In this document: positions 36,250 through 46,052 of the stretch, in pieces
Layout: the number at the start of each line of letters is the position of its first letter
Numbering within the stretch: position 1 is the first letter of the stretch
Assembly (NCBI GenBank): GCA_964591315.1
Contig: CAZQAT010000001.1
Location: 81,673-145,672 of the forward strand
Origin: an uncultured Planctomycetaceae bacterium
GTDB lineage: Bacteria > Planctomycetota > UBA1135 > GCA-002686595
DNA: 64,000 nt
Reading direction: 5' to 3'
Made by a program: the position numbers and the translations under genes
Notes under the pieces: generated by a model
The model's input: only the letters and a program-made list of their open reading frames with translations
The model's database searches: none
What the model was told of the DNA's origin: nothing

Positions 36250-36266
36250 CGGCACAGGGCTTGCGT
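36250..36266 (+). promoter_or_regulatory. Sigma-54 (-24/-12) promoter upstream of the narK-DoxX fusion gene
   Basis: The sequence is cGGCACagggcTTGCgt with consensus GG/GC spacing. It lies 46 nt upstream of the ATG at 36311, which has a GGAGA Shine-Dalgarno. Confidence 0.6.
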
Positions 36267-36310
36267 ACCAGCGGCGAGTCGCCCCTTCACCCCTCCCGGA
36301 GACACCGTCC

Positions 36311-38101
36311 ATGGAAGTCCAGAACAAGGCCACGCGCATCGAGCTCTTCAGCCTGCGGACCCCGCAGATGCGGGCCTTCCACATGTCGTGGTTCTCCTTC
36401 TTCCTCTGCTTCTTCGCCTGGTTCGGCATCGCCCCCTTGATGCTGGTCGTCAAGGAGGAGCTCGGGCTGACGAAGGCCCAGGTCGGGAACACGATCATCG
36501 CCTCGGTGGCGATCACGATCCTGGCGCGCTTCGTGATCGGGGCCCTGTGCGACCGGGTCGGACCACGCAAGAGCTACACCTTCCTGATGGTCCTGGGGTC
36601 GATCCCGGTGATGTGCATCGGGCTGGCGGACAGCTACACCACCTTCCTCTTGTTCCGGCTCGGGATCGGGGTGATCGGTGCCTCCTTCGTCATCACCCAG
36701 TACCACACCTCGGTGATGTTCGCCCCCAACTGCGTGGGGACGGCCAACGCCACCAGCGCGGGCTGGGGAAACCTGGGTGGGGGGGTGACCCAGATGGTCA
36801 TGCCGCTCGTGTTCGCTGGCTTCCTCGGGCTGGGCTTCGACGAGAGCGCGAGCTGGCGGCTGGCGATGGTGGTCGCAGGCGCGGTCTGCTTCCTGGTGGG
36901 CATCGCCTACTACTTCTTCACCCAGGACCTGCCCGACGGCAACTTCAAGGACCTGCGGGCCCAGGGCAGGCTCACGGCCAAGGAGAAGTCCAACGGGACC
37001 TTCTGGCTGGCGGCCCGGGACAAGCGGGTCTGGGCCCTGTTCCTGATCTACGGCGCCTGCTTCGGCATCGAGCTGACGATCAACAACATCGCCGCGATCT
37101 ACTACGCCGAGAAGTTCGAGCTGGGGCTGAAGTCCGCCGGGCTCGTGGCCGGCCTCTTCGGCCTGATGAACATCTTCGCCCGCACCACGGGGGGCATCAT
37201 CGGGGACAAGTTCGGCCAACGGGGGGGCCTCAAGGGCCGCGTGCGCTGGCTGTTCATCGCGGTCTTCGTCGAGGGCATCGCCCTGATCCTCTTCTCGCGC
37301 ATGGACGTCCTGCCCGTGGCGATCGGCACGATGATCGTGTTCAGCCTCTTCGTGCAGATGTCCGAGGGGGCCACCTACTCGGTGGTGCCCTTCGTCAACA
37401 AGAAGGCCCTGGGCTCGATCTCGGGCATCGTCGGCGCCGGCGGCAACATGGGCGCCGTGGCGGCGGGCTTCCTGCTGCGGGCCGAGGGGCTGACCTACTC
37501 AACGGCGCTCATGATCCTGGGCTGCATCGTGCTGCTGTTCTCCTTCGCGACCTTCCTGGTGCGCTTCAGCGCCGAGGACGAGGAGGCGGCCGCCGCGGAG
37601 CACGCCAAGGCCCTCGAGGAGCGGGCGCGCACGCGCAAGAAGCCGCGCTTCGAGCTGCCCCGGCCGCGGCCGACCCGCCGCCGCCTGACGCCCATGACCG
37701 TCCTGCGGGTCTACCTGGGTGTGGCGCTCATGATCAAGGGCATCTACTACATCACCAACATGGGCGACCTCGAGGCCCAGCTCGGCGAGAACTTCGGGGA
37801 GACCCAGAACGTGATCGCCTGGTTCGTGGTCTTCGCCCACGCGGTGGGGGGCGCGAGCCTGGCCCTGGGCTTCGCCACCCGCTGGGTCTCGGCCCTCAAC
37901 GCAGTCGTCCTGGCGGGGGCCACGGTGCTGCACCTGGTGGGCTCGGAGCTGATGATGGTGGAGAACCTCGAGCTCCAGTTCGCGGCCCTGGTGCTGATGA
38001 CCCTGATCGTCTTCACCTGGCAGGGAGCGGGCCGCTTCTCCCTCGACACGCTGGTGTGGGGGGACGAGAACGGACAGGGCGCACCACCGGCGCAGGCCTG
38101 A
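36311..38101 (+). CDS. narK: NarK/NRT2-type MFS nitrate transporter fused in frame to a C-terminal DoxX-like four-TM domain
   Basis: I placed the start at MEVQNKATRIELFS. MFS/NarK motifs are FHMSWFSFFLCFFAWFG and GWGNLGGGVTQ. A basic linker (RKKPRFELPRPRPTRRR) leads into LRVYLGVALMIKG...HAVGGASLALGFATRW...WQGAGRFSLD, typical of the DoxX family. Confidence 0.85.
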   Translation: MEVQNKATRIELFSLRTPQMRAFHMSWFSFFLCFFAWFGIAPLMLVVKEELGLTKAQVGNTIIASVAITILARFVIGALCDRVGPRKSYTFLMVLGSIPVMCIGLADSYTTFLLFRLGIGVIGASFVITQYHTSVMFAPNCVGTANATSAGWGNLGGGVTQMVMPLVFAGFLGLGFDESASWRLAMVVAGAVCFLVGIAYYFFTQDLPDGNFKDLRAQGRLTAKEKSNGTFWLAARDKRVWALFLIYGACFGIELTINNIAAIYYAEKFELGLKSAGLVAGLFGLMNIFARTTGGIIGDKFGQRGGLKGRVRWLFIAVFVEGIALILFSRMDVLPVAIGTMIVFSLFVQMSEGATYSVVPFVNKKALGSISGIVGAGGNMGAVAAGFLLRAEGLTYSTALMILGCIVLLFSFATFLVRFSAEDEEAAAAEHAKALEERARTRKKPRFELPRPRPTRRRLTPMTVLRVYLGVALMIKGIYYITNMGDLEAQLGENFGETQNVIAWFVVFAHAVGGASLALGFATRWVSALNAVVLAGATVLHLVGSELMMVENLELQFAALVLMTLIVFTWQGAGRFSLDTLVWGDENGQGAPPAQA

Positions 38102-38131
38102 CGGGATCGCGGCCGTCCGGCCCTGGTGGCG

Positions 38132-38151
38132 GGCGGCGGGGAGCCGCCGCC
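38132..38151. terminator. GC hairpin GGCGGCGG-GGAG-CCGCCGCC between convergent genes
   Basis: A perfect 8-bp stem read directly, with no T-tract. Confidence 0.3.
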
Positions 38152-38188
38152 TGCTGCCGCTCCTCGCTCCGTGATCGAGTGAGGGCTG

Positions 38189-41100
38189 CTACTCCCTCAG
38201 GTGCAGCTCCACCTCTGAGGTCGCGCCCGCCGCCACGTGGACCGTCACGGACTCCGACTCCAGGCCGTCGCTGAGCCAGGCGCGAATCGAGAGCTTCTCC
38301 GCCGGCATGCGCCGCGCCGTGAAGCGGCCGGTCTCGTCCGTGACGGCGACACCCCAACGGGAGAGCTCGCGGCCCTGGGCATCCTTGGCGTAGATCTGCG
38401 CGCCGATGGCGGGGGAGCCGTCGGGATGGCTGACGACGCCGCTGATGCGACCAGCGGGCTCGAGGCGGATTCGCAGGTCGGTGCGCTGCTCACCTTTCTC
38501 GAGGTGGACGGCGTCGATCCGCTTGATCGCGTAGCCTCCGTCGGCGCCCTGCAGCCACCAGTCGGACTGGCCCACCTGGAGGCTGTGCTCCCCCGGGTGA
38601 AGGAAGCGCAGCTCGAAGGTGCCGTCGGAGCGGGTTGCGCCGTTGCGGGTCTTGGAGCTGTGGTCCTCGGATTCGCCCTCGACCAGCGTCAAGGTCAGGT
38701 CGACGCCCTCCAGCGGGTCTCCGTCCGGGCCCAGCACGATGCCCGCCAGGCTGGCAGCGGGCAGCTCGATGTCCAGCCGTTGCTCCTCGGGGCCCGTGAT
38801 CTCACGACGCAGGTCGAAGCGGGAGCTCTCCCCAGTCACGGAGAACGAGTGTCGGCCGGGGCCCTCGACCTCGAGCTGGTAGTTGCCGTTCGCGTCCGTG
38901 GTGACCAGGTCCTTGTGCTCCAGGCTGCGGGACTGCACGGTCAGGCCGGCCGCGGGCGCGCCGCCGTGGGTCACGCGGCCGAAGACGCGGATCGGGTTCT
39001 CCGGGGGCCCGCCGAGCACCACGTGCACGCTGCCCGCCTCGGGCACCTCCACCTTGACCCGGTCCGAGAGCGCTTCGCGCTGGGCGGAGCTGAGCTCCTC
39101 ATCGGAGTCCGGCGGGTACAGGCGCACGTTGATCTCGCCCGGGGGCAGGCCCTCCACCTCGAAGGCGCCGCTCGCATCGCTGCGGGTCCGGCGGCTGAAG
39201 GTCTTGCCCCTGACGCTGATCTGGCGGCCCGCGACCGGGTTGGCGTTGGGGTGCACGGTGCCGGTGATGCGGCCCCCCGTGCGCAGGGCGAGGGCCTGGC
39301 CGGTGACCTCGGCACCCGGGTCGAGCTGCACGAGCACCAGCTCGCTGCTGCCCCAGCCCTCGGCCTCGGCGTGCAGCTCGTACTTGCCGGGGGTGACGCC
39401 CTCGAACTGGAAGGCGCCCGTCTCGTCCGTGGTCCGGCGCTCGTCGGGGTCGAGCAACCAGCTACCCACACGGTGGTCCCTGACCGGCTCGATCTCGACC
39501 CTCGCGTCGGGGACGAGCTCCCCGGTGGGGGTGCGCACCACGCCGCTCAGGGTCGCGCCCCGGGGAACCACCAGCTCGACGGGGCCGGAGCCAGGTAGCT
39601 GCGCCTCGACCCAGGCGCCCTCGCTGCCCTTGCGCTCGCTGGCGCGCAGTTGCCAGATGCCCTCGCTCAGGCCGCTCAGCTCGAAGACGCCCGCGTCGTC
39701 CCGGAAGCTGCGGCTCTTGAGCCCCTGCCCGACGAGGAGCAGGCCCTGACCCTCCCGCACGGGCTTGGCCTCGACCAGGAAGCTGGTCAACGGCTGGCCG
39801 CGGTCGTCCATCACGTGGCCCGTGAGGTCCAGGCCCTCGGTCAGGGTCAGGACCAGTCCAGCGGTGCCCGGCTGAACCTCCTCGGTTCGCTGGGTCAGGC
39901 GCGGGCGCTTCCTGCGCTCCCCGGTGGGTGTGTCCTCTCTTGCCGTCAGCCGGGCGCTGGCCTCGACGATCACGGGCCGGTCATCGAGCCCCTCGACGCG
40001 GAAGGCACCCTGGCCGTCGGTCTCGCTCAGGAACTCGCGCGCCTGCCAGTCGAACAAGCCGTCCTCGGAGGCCTGCTTGATCTTGACCGTGGCTCCGGCC
40101 GCGGGGCTGCCGTCGGGCCAGTGGACGGTTCCGGCCAGGAAGCTCCCGGTGCTCGGGGTCAGGAGGAGCCCGAGCCGCTCGTCGCCGTCCTCGAGCTTGC
40201 CGAGGTCGAGCACCACCTCCGAAAAGCCCTCCGCCCGGGCGGTCAGGGTCGCGGAGCCGGGCTGGAGTCCACGCAGGTCGAAGGCGGACTTCTCGTCCAG
40301 GGGCACCGGCCGCATGTGCGTGGTCCGGCCTCCGTTCGCCTTGACGTTCAGCTCGAGCTCGAGGCTGGCCTTCTTCACGGGCCGCCCGGCCCCGTCGACG
40401 ATGCTGCCGCTGATGCGTGCGCCGCGGCTGAAGGCGAGCTCCACCCGGGTGTCCTCACCACGCCTCACGACCTGGTCCTCGAGGGTGGCGCCGGCCCACC
40501 GGCCCGACTCGATGCGGATGTCGTACTCGCTGCCGGCGGGGACAGTGTCCAGGTGGAAGGTGCCGTCGGCGGCGATCTGTGCTTTGCGCCGCACCTGCCT
40601 GCCGCCGCCGCCGTTCCAGGCGAAGAGCGAGGCCCGGGCCCCCTCGAAGGTCTCCGCGTCCGGCTGCAGTCCGAGGGGCGGCAGCACCCGGCCGAGGATG
40701 CGCCCCCCGAGCCGGGGCTCGAGCACGACCGGGCCCTCCTGCTTCTTGGGCTCGACCTTGACCCGCGAGGAGAGGTAGAGGTAGCGCGCCTCCAGCTTCA
40801 GCCAGCCCTTGCGAGTCGACTCCGAGAAGGGGACGCGGAAGTTCCCGCTCGGCTCCACCTCGACCACCATCTCCCGCGGGCTGCCCTTGGCCTTGCCGAA
40901 GCGCCGGCCGCGTGCTTCGACCCGGAGCACCTCGCCCATCGGCGTCTCCGGCGGGAGCACCACCCGGCCCTCGACCCACAGGGCGTCGTCGGGGGCCACG
41001 AAGGCGGCCGGCTCCGGCGGGGCGGTCTCGACCGGCGCCTCGACGCGCTCGGCCGTCGTGTCGGCCGCGAGGGTCGGGAGCTCCTCCGCGGCCGGCGCGG

Positions 41101-41245
41101 CCTCCTCGAGCACCTCCTCGGCTCCTGCGCCCAGGGCCTCCTCCTCGAGGGGAGCCTCCGGGGCCGGGTCCGAGCCCGCGAAGTAGAGGAAGGCGGCGGC
41201 GAGCAGGCCGAGGAGCAGCAGCAGGGGGAGTGAGCGGCGGGTCAT
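38189..41245 (-). CDS. Large secreted protein made of repeated carboxypeptidase-regulatory-like domains
   Basis: Signal/anchor: MTRRSLPLLLLLGLLAAAFLYFAG. Repeats include GSIVDGAGRPVKKASLELE, GHVMDDRGQPLTSFLVE, GVVRTPTGELVPDARVEIE and GVVSHPDGSPAIGAQIYAKD. Confidence 0.8.
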   Translation of the reverse strand: MTRRSLPLLLLLGLLAAAFLYFAGSDPAPEAPLEEEALGAGAEEVLEEAAPAAEELPTLAADTTAERVEAPVETAPPEPAAFVAPDDALWVEGRVVLPPETPMGEVLRVEARGRRFGKAKGSPREMVVEVEPSGNFRVPFSESTRKGWLKLEARYLYLSSRVKVEPKKQEGPVVLEPRLGGRILGRVLPPLGLQPDAETFEGARASLFAWNGGGGRQVRRKAQIAADGTFHLDTVPAGSEYDIRIESGRWAGATLEDQVVRRGEDTRVELAFSRGARISGSIVDGAGRPVKKASLELELNVKANGGRTTHMRPVPLDEKSAFDLRGLQPGSATLTARAEGFSEVVLDLGKLEDGDERLGLLLTPSTGSFLAGTVHWPDGSPAAGATVKIKQASEDGLFDWQAREFLSETDGQGAFRVEGLDDRPVIVEASARLTAREDTPTGERRKRPRLTQRTEEVQPGTAGLVLTLTEGLDLTGHVMDDRGQPLTSFLVEAKPVREGQGLLLVGQGLKSRSFRDDAGVFELSGLSEGIWQLRASERKGSEGAWVEAQLPGSGPVELVVPRGATLSGVVRTPTGELVPDARVEIEPVRDHRVGSWLLDPDERRTTDETGAFQFEGVTPGKYELHAEAEGWGSSELVLVQLDPGAEVTGQALALRTGGRITGTVHPNANPVAGRQISVRGKTFSRRTRSDASGAFEVEGLPPGEINVRLYPPDSDEELSSAQREALSDRVKVEVPEAGSVHVVLGGPPENPIRVFGRVTHGGAPAAGLTVQSRSLEHKDLVTTDANGNYQLEVEGPGRHSFSVTGESSRFDLRREITGPEEQRLDIELPAASLAGIVLGPDGDPLEGVDLTLTLVEGESEDHSSKTRNGATRSDGTFELRFLHPGEHSLQVGQSDWWLQGADGGYAIKRIDAVHLEKGEQRTDLRIRLEPAGRISGVVSHPDGSPAIGAQIYAKDAQGRELSRWGVAVTDETGRFTARRMPAEKLSIRAWLSDGLESESVTVHVAAGATSEVELHLRE

Positions 41246-41484
41246 GGGTGTGGCGCGCGGTGTGGGAGGCGGGTGGGAGGGCCGGGGTCCAGCACGAACC
41301 TAGCGGGGAGTCCTGCGCACGGGCGACTCCGTAATTCGCGGGCCTCGCCCGACTCCAGCCCCGATCCGGGGTGCGACCCGACCAGGCGCGCCCCCGCGCT
41401 GGTCTCGGCCGGCCCATTCGCTACCCTCACGCCCGCTGGCGGTTGCGGGGCGTGCGCGGCGCGCCCCCGAGCGCCCCCCTCGAC

Positions 41485-43776
41485 ATGGGATCCCTCCACC
41501 GACTGCCCGTCTGGACCGTCGCCCTCGTGGTCGCCGGGACCCTCGGTTGCTCGGAGCGACCCTCGCGCTCGTCTCCGGCCACCTGGCGCCAGGCCCTGGA
41601 GCGGGCGGAGGCCCTGGAGCTGCAGCTGGTCGGGGTGCCGGGGGACTCGCTCATCCACGAGCGCATCGGGCGGGCGGCCCGCAGCGCGCAGGCGCGCACC
41701 GGCCGCCCCGTGCGGATCGGCAGCTACGTGGACCAGGGCACCTGGCCGCGGATCGTCGTCGGCGCCTCGGGGGCGCCTGAGATCGCGCCCCTCCTGCAGC
41801 GCCTCGGCTTCGAGTGGGACGGCGATGCCCTCCTCCTGGGCAGCGCAGTGATGGCCGGGAGGGGCCTGGTGCTCGACCTGTGCGTCGCCGACCCGACCCG
41901 ACCGGGCTTTCCGCTGCAGCTCCTCCTGGCCGCCGACCCCGAGCAGCTCGCGGAGCGGATCGAGGATCTCACGCCCCGGGCGCGGCCCGGCCTGGTGCTC
42001 TCCCACAAGCGACTGCCCCCGCGCCGCTTCGACACCGCGGGCCGGCCCCTGGGCCCGGAGGCCCTGGAGCTGGAGAGGGCGCCCTTCGAGCTGATCGAGA
42101 GTACCGACGCCCTGGCGCTCCTGGCTCAGCCGGACGTGGACCCCGCGCGCCTCGAGCGCTACGAGACGGACAGCCGCTCGGCCCTGGCGCGAGTGCTCGA
42201 GTGGACCGGTGCGGCCACCGGCGAGCGGCTCGAGCTCCTGGCGGTGGCGAGCGTCGACCGCCTGCGCGCCCACACCGACCGCGCCGAGCTGACCGCCGCC
42301 GAGGGACCGCGCTCGCGGCGCGTCGTCTTGCTGGCGCCCGGCGTTCCGGACGACCGCGGCCTGGCCGCCGCCCGCTGGGCCGTGGCCTGGGGCGTGGAGC
42401 CGGCGGACGACTGGTGGCTCGACGGCCTGGCCGTCGACGCGGTCGGCCAGTGGTGGGGGAGGGCGCTCGTCTCGTGGGGCGGCCACCTGCGTCGCGCCGG
42501 GCTGATGCCCTCGCCGGCGGAGATCGTCGACCCCCGCAGCGTCGATCGACTCTCCCAGCACGTGCTCGCGCCCGCCCGCGGGCTCCTCTCTCGCTTCCTG
42601 CGCTCGACCCGTGGCGAGGCCTGGACGCGGCTCGTGCGCGGCGAGGAGGAGCTCGTCTGCGACGACGACCTGCGCCTGGCCTTCGAGGCCTGGCTGGGCG
42701 GCGAGGCCTTCGCGGCGGATGCCCAGGCCCGAGCCCGGGCCTGGGACGAGCGCCGCGGTCGGCTCCTGGCGCTGCCCTTCCAGACGGGGGTGGCCATCGA
42801 CTCGAACGCGCGGCTCGGTGGCGGCTTCGACGACCGGCGCCTCGAGGCCAGCCTGGTGGGTGCCGTCCAGCTCGGCGCGGACGCGGTCTCGATCACGAGT
42901 GACTTCGCGGAGGTCGCACCGGAGGCGACCCACTTCGGTGGCCGCCTGCCCGCGGGCCGTACGAGTCTCGAGGGGGATGCGACCCTGGCCCAGGCCGTGG
43001 CCTGCGCCCGGCGCGCGGGTGCACGGGTGGTCGTGCTGCAGCCGCACCTGCTCCTGTCCGAGAGCGCCGGTCACTCGGCCTGGCTGAGACGGGCGACCCT
43101 CGAGCACTGGGAGGAGTTCTTCGCGGCCTTCACGCCCATGTCGACCCACTACGCACTCCTCGCGGAGCTGCTCGAGGTGGACCTCTTGTGCGTCGGCACG
43201 AACCTCTCCACCTCGAACAAGGCCGGCGGCCTCGACCCGGAGACCCGCGAGCACCACGACCGGCGCTGGGGGGAGCTGCTGGCCCTGGCCCGCGGAGCCT
43301 ACGGAGGCGCCCTGACCTACGCCGCCGGGGGCGCGGACGAGGCGGAGGGCTGGGCCCACTGGGAGCCCCTCGACTACCTGGGCGTCTCCCTCTTTCCGCG
43401 CTTCGCGACCCTGAACGAGGCGCCGCCCCCGACCCCCAGGCTGCGCCACCAGTGGGGCGCCCAGCTCGATCGCCTGGGAGCCCTGGCCGCGCAGGTGGAC
43501 AGACCCCTCCTGCTGGTGGAGGTCGGTCTGCGCTCGACGGAGAGAGCGGGCACCGAGACCACCATCGGCTCCGGCGCCGCCGACGGGGCCGAGCAGGCGC
43601 GCCTGTGGGGGGCCTTCGCCGCTGCCCTCGACGAGCGGCGCGCGGCGGCGAACGCGCCGGCGGGGGTCTACCTCTGGAAGTGGCCCGCCCGCCCGGGCGA
43701 GGACGAGGCCCGGGGCTGGGCCGTGCGCGGCAAGCCCGCCGAGCCGCTCCTGCGCGCCCTTTCGGGCGAGAAGTGA
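41485..43776 (+). CDS. Putative lipoprotein; the C-terminal half looks like a TIM-barrel glycoside-hydrolase-like domain (weak call)
   Basis: The internal ATG gives MGSLHRLPVWTVALVVAGTLGC, a lipobox-like signal. In the C-terminus, alternating beta/alpha patterns with GARVVVLQPHL, LLCVGTNL and PLLLVEVGLRS suggest a (beta/alpha)8 hydrolase. Confidence 0.5.
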   Translation: MGSLHRLPVWTVALVVAGTLGCSERPSRSSPATWRQALERAEALELQLVGVPGDSLIHERIGRAARSAQARTGRPVRIGSYVDQGTWPRIVVGASGAPEIAPLLQRLGFEWDGDALLLGSAVMAGRGLVLDLCVADPTRPGFPLQLLLAADPEQLAERIEDLTPRARPGLVLSHKRLPPRRFDTAGRPLGPEALELERAPFELIESTDALALLAQPDVDPARLERYETDSRSALARVLEWTGAATGERLELLAVASVDRLRAHTDRAELTAAEGPRSRRVVLLAPGVPDDRGLAAARWAVAWGVEPADDWWLDGLAVDAVGQWWGRALVSWGGHLRRAGLMPSPAEIVDPRSVDRLSQHVLAPARGLLSRFLRSTRGEAWTRLVRGEEELVCDDDLRLAFEAWLGGEAFAADAQARARAWDERRGRLLALPFQTGVAIDSNARLGGGFDDRRLEASLVGAVQLGADAVSITSDFAEVAPEATHFGGRLPAGRTSLEGDATLAQAVACARRAGARVVVLQPHLLLSESAGHSAWLRRATLEHWEEFFAAFTPMSTHYALLAELLEVDLLCVGTNLSTSNKAGGLDPETREHHDRRWGELLALARGAYGGALTYAAGGADEAEGWAHWEPLDYLGVSLFPRFATLNEAPPPTPRLRHQWGAQLDRLGALAAQVDRPLLLVEVGLRSTERAGTETTIGSGAADGAEQARLWGAFAAALDERRAAANAPAGVYLWKWPARPGEDEARGWAVRGKPAEPLLRALSGEK

Positions 43777-43826
43777 CCGTCGGGGTGCGAGCGGCGTTAG
43801 CTTGGGGCGAGCCCCGGAGGTCCGCG

Positions 43827-44012
43827 ATGAAAGCCCAGCTCCCTGCCCCGCTCTCGACCCTACCCGCCGCGCCCGCGACGGGTGACGAGGTGGAGGAGCC
43901 GGTCGAGCTCGGCGGGCCGGGGCTCGCCGTCGTCGGCCCGGGCGCCGAGTGCTGGCAGACCCTCCAGCGGGAGGGCTGGCTGCGCGCTGCCCTCCTGGAG
44001 GTCGCGGAGTAG
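43827..44012 (+). CDS. Small hypothetical protein (61 aa) upstream of recG
   Basis: The ATG has a GGAGG 7 nt upstream and the frame has high GC3. Sequence: MKAQLPAPLSTLPAAPATGDEVEEPVELGGPGLAVVGPGAECWQTLQREGWLRAALLEVAE. I recognise no family. Confidence 0.35.
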   Translation: MKAQLPAPLSTLPAAPATGDEVEEPVELGGPGLAVVGPGAECWQTLQREGWLRAALLEVAE

Positions 44013-44027
44013 GAGCGGCGGGGCGGC

Positions 44028-46052
44028 TTGGAGGACGAGCGACAGCCCGGCGACCCCCTCGAGGTCCCGGTCACCGTCCTGCGCGGGGTGGGGCCGGCGC
44101 GGGCGGTCCTGCTCGAGCGGCTCGGGATCGAGCGCCTGCGGGACCTGGTGCTGCTGGTGCCCCGGCGCATGGAGTCGAGCGGCAGCGCGTGCACTCTGCC
44201 CCAGGCCCGCGAGGCGGCCCGTGACGAGGTGGTCGTCTTCAGCGGCACCGTCGCCCGCCACCGCTTCTCGCGCTTCGGCCGGCGCTCGACCCTGCGCCTG
44301 ACGATCGCCGACGGGGAGCAGGAGCTGGAGGTCGTCTACTACAACCAGCCCTGGCAGCGAGAGCGCTTCGCGAAGGGCGAGACGCACACCTTCGCGGGGC
44401 GCGTCACGAGGTCGGACAAGGGTCCGCTCGTCGTCGCGCCGCGCTCCGCGCCCGGCGCGGACAGCCTGCCGGTGGACCGCTGGGAGCCGGTCTACGGGAC
44501 GACTGAGGGACTGGGCCAGGAGCTCCTGCGGGGCTGGGTGCGGGAGGCGACCGAGCGCGCGGGCGACGGGCTCGCTGAGCACCTCGAGGCCGCGTTGCTC
44601 GCGCGCCTGGAGCTGCCCGCCCTGCCCGAGGCCGTGCGCGCATTGCACGAGCCCGCGGACCCAGCCGAGTTCCTCGCCGCGCGCCGGCGGGTGCTGTTCG
44701 AGGAGCTGCTCGCGATCCAGGCGCGCGTGCTCGGTCGCGCTCGCGCCGGCCGCGCCGGTGGGGGAGCCCTGGCCGTCCCCGTGGACGCCGAGGTGCGCGC
44801 GCGGGTGGCCGGGGCCCTGCCGTTCCGCCTGACCGCCGGCCAGGAGGCCTGCCTCGACGAGCTGGCGGCCGACCTGGAGAGCGGCGCCCCCACGCGCCGT
44901 CTGCTCCAGGGCGACGTGGGCTCGGGCAAGACCGTGGTCGGCCTGACCGCCTGTGCCGCGGTCGCCGCCGCCGGGGCCCAGGCGGCCTTCATGGCGCCCA
45001 CCGAGCTCCTGGCGGAGCAGCACTTCGACGGGGCGCGGCCGCTGCTCGAGGCCCTCGGCCTGCGCGCGGAGCTCCTGACCGCCTCCCTGCGGCCGGCGGC
45101 GAGGCGCAAGCTGCTCGGGCGCCTCGAGGCCGGCGCCATCGACCTGCTCTTCGGCACCCACGCGCTGTTCTCACGCGACGTGCGCTTCGCGCGCCTGGCC
45201 CTGGCGGTGATCGACGAGCAGCAGCGCTTCGGCGTGGCCCAGCGCGCGCGGCTGGTGGAGAAGGGCGAGCACGTGCACCTGCTCCTGATGACGGCCACGC
45301 CCATCCCGCGCACCCTGGCCCACACGCTCTACGGCGACCTGGACGTGAGCCTGCTGCGTGAGAAGCCGCCCGGGCGCGGGGCCGTGCGCACCCGCTGGCT
45401 GCGACCGAAGGACCGGGACCGCGTTCCGGAGTTCCTGGCCGAGCGCCTGGCCGCCGGGGAGCAGGTCTACTGGGTCTCGCCCCGCATCGGGGCCGAGGAG
45501 GAGACTGGCGCGACCCGGGCCTTCGAGAAGCTCGAGGGCTCGGCCCTCGCGCAGCACGGCCTCGAGCTGGTGCACGGCCGCCTCGAGGCCGGCGAGCGGG
45601 CGCGGCGCCTCGAGCGCTTCCGCCGCGGCGAGGTACGCCTGCTGGTGGCGACGACGGTGATCGAGGTGGGCGTCGACGTGCCGCGAGCCACCGTGATGGT
45701 GATCGAGGAGGCGGAGCGCCTGGGCCTGGCGCAGCTGCACCAGCTGCGCGGCCGCGTGGGGCGCGGCGAGCTCGAGTCCTGGTGCCTGCTGTACGGCAAG
45801 CCGAGCTCGAGGGAGCGCTTCGAGCTGCTCGAGGGCTGCGACGACGGCTTCGAGCTGGCGGAGGCGGACCTCGCCCGGCGCGGCATGGGGGAGCTGGCGG
45901 GGCGCCGGCAGTCGGGGGAGCTGGGCGGCCTGCTGGCGAGCCTGACCGACGACGTCGACCTCCTGACCGCGGCTCGGGACGTGCTCGCGGCGGATCCCGA
46001 CCTGCGCGACCACCTGGCGGGCGGCGCGGTGGGGACGATGGCGACGCCCTAG
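44028..46052 (+). CDS. recG: ATP-dependent DNA helicase RecG
   Basis: The TTG is the only available start. Motifs: VLRGVGPARAVLLERLGIERLRDLV, Walker A GDVGSGKTVV, DEQQRFGV, LLMTATPIPRTL and QLHQLRGRVGRG. Confidence 0.9.
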   Translation: MEDERQPGDPLEVPVTVLRGVGPARAVLLERLGIERLRDLVLLVPRRMESSGSACTLPQAREAARDEVVVFSGTVARHRFSRFGRRSTLRLTIADGEQELEVVYYNQPWQRERFAKGETHTFAGRVTRSDKGPLVVAPRSAPGADSLPVDRWEPVYGTTEGLGQELLRGWVREATERAGDGLAEHLEAALLARLELPALPEAVRALHEPADPAEFLAARRRVLFEELLAIQARVLGRARAGRAGGGALAVPVDAEVRARVAGALPFRLTAGQEACLDELAADLESGAPTRRLLQGDVGSGKTVVGLTACAAVAAAGAQAAFMAPTELLAEQHFDGARPLLEALGLRAELLTASLRPAARRKLLGRLEAGAIDLLFGTHALFSRDVRFARLALAVIDEQQRFGVAQRARLVEKGEHVHLLLMTATPIPRTLAHTLYGDLDVSLLREKPPGRGAVRTRWLRPKDRDRVPEFLAERLAAGEQVYWVSPRIGAEEETGATRAFEKLEGSALAQHGLELVHGRLEAGERARRLERFRRGEVRLLVATTVIEVGVDVPRATVMVIEEAERLGLAQLHQLRGRVGRGELESWCLLYGKPSSRERFELLEGCDDGFELAEADLARRGMGELAGRRQSGELGGLLASLTDDVDLLTAARDVLAADPDLRDHLAGGAVGTMATP

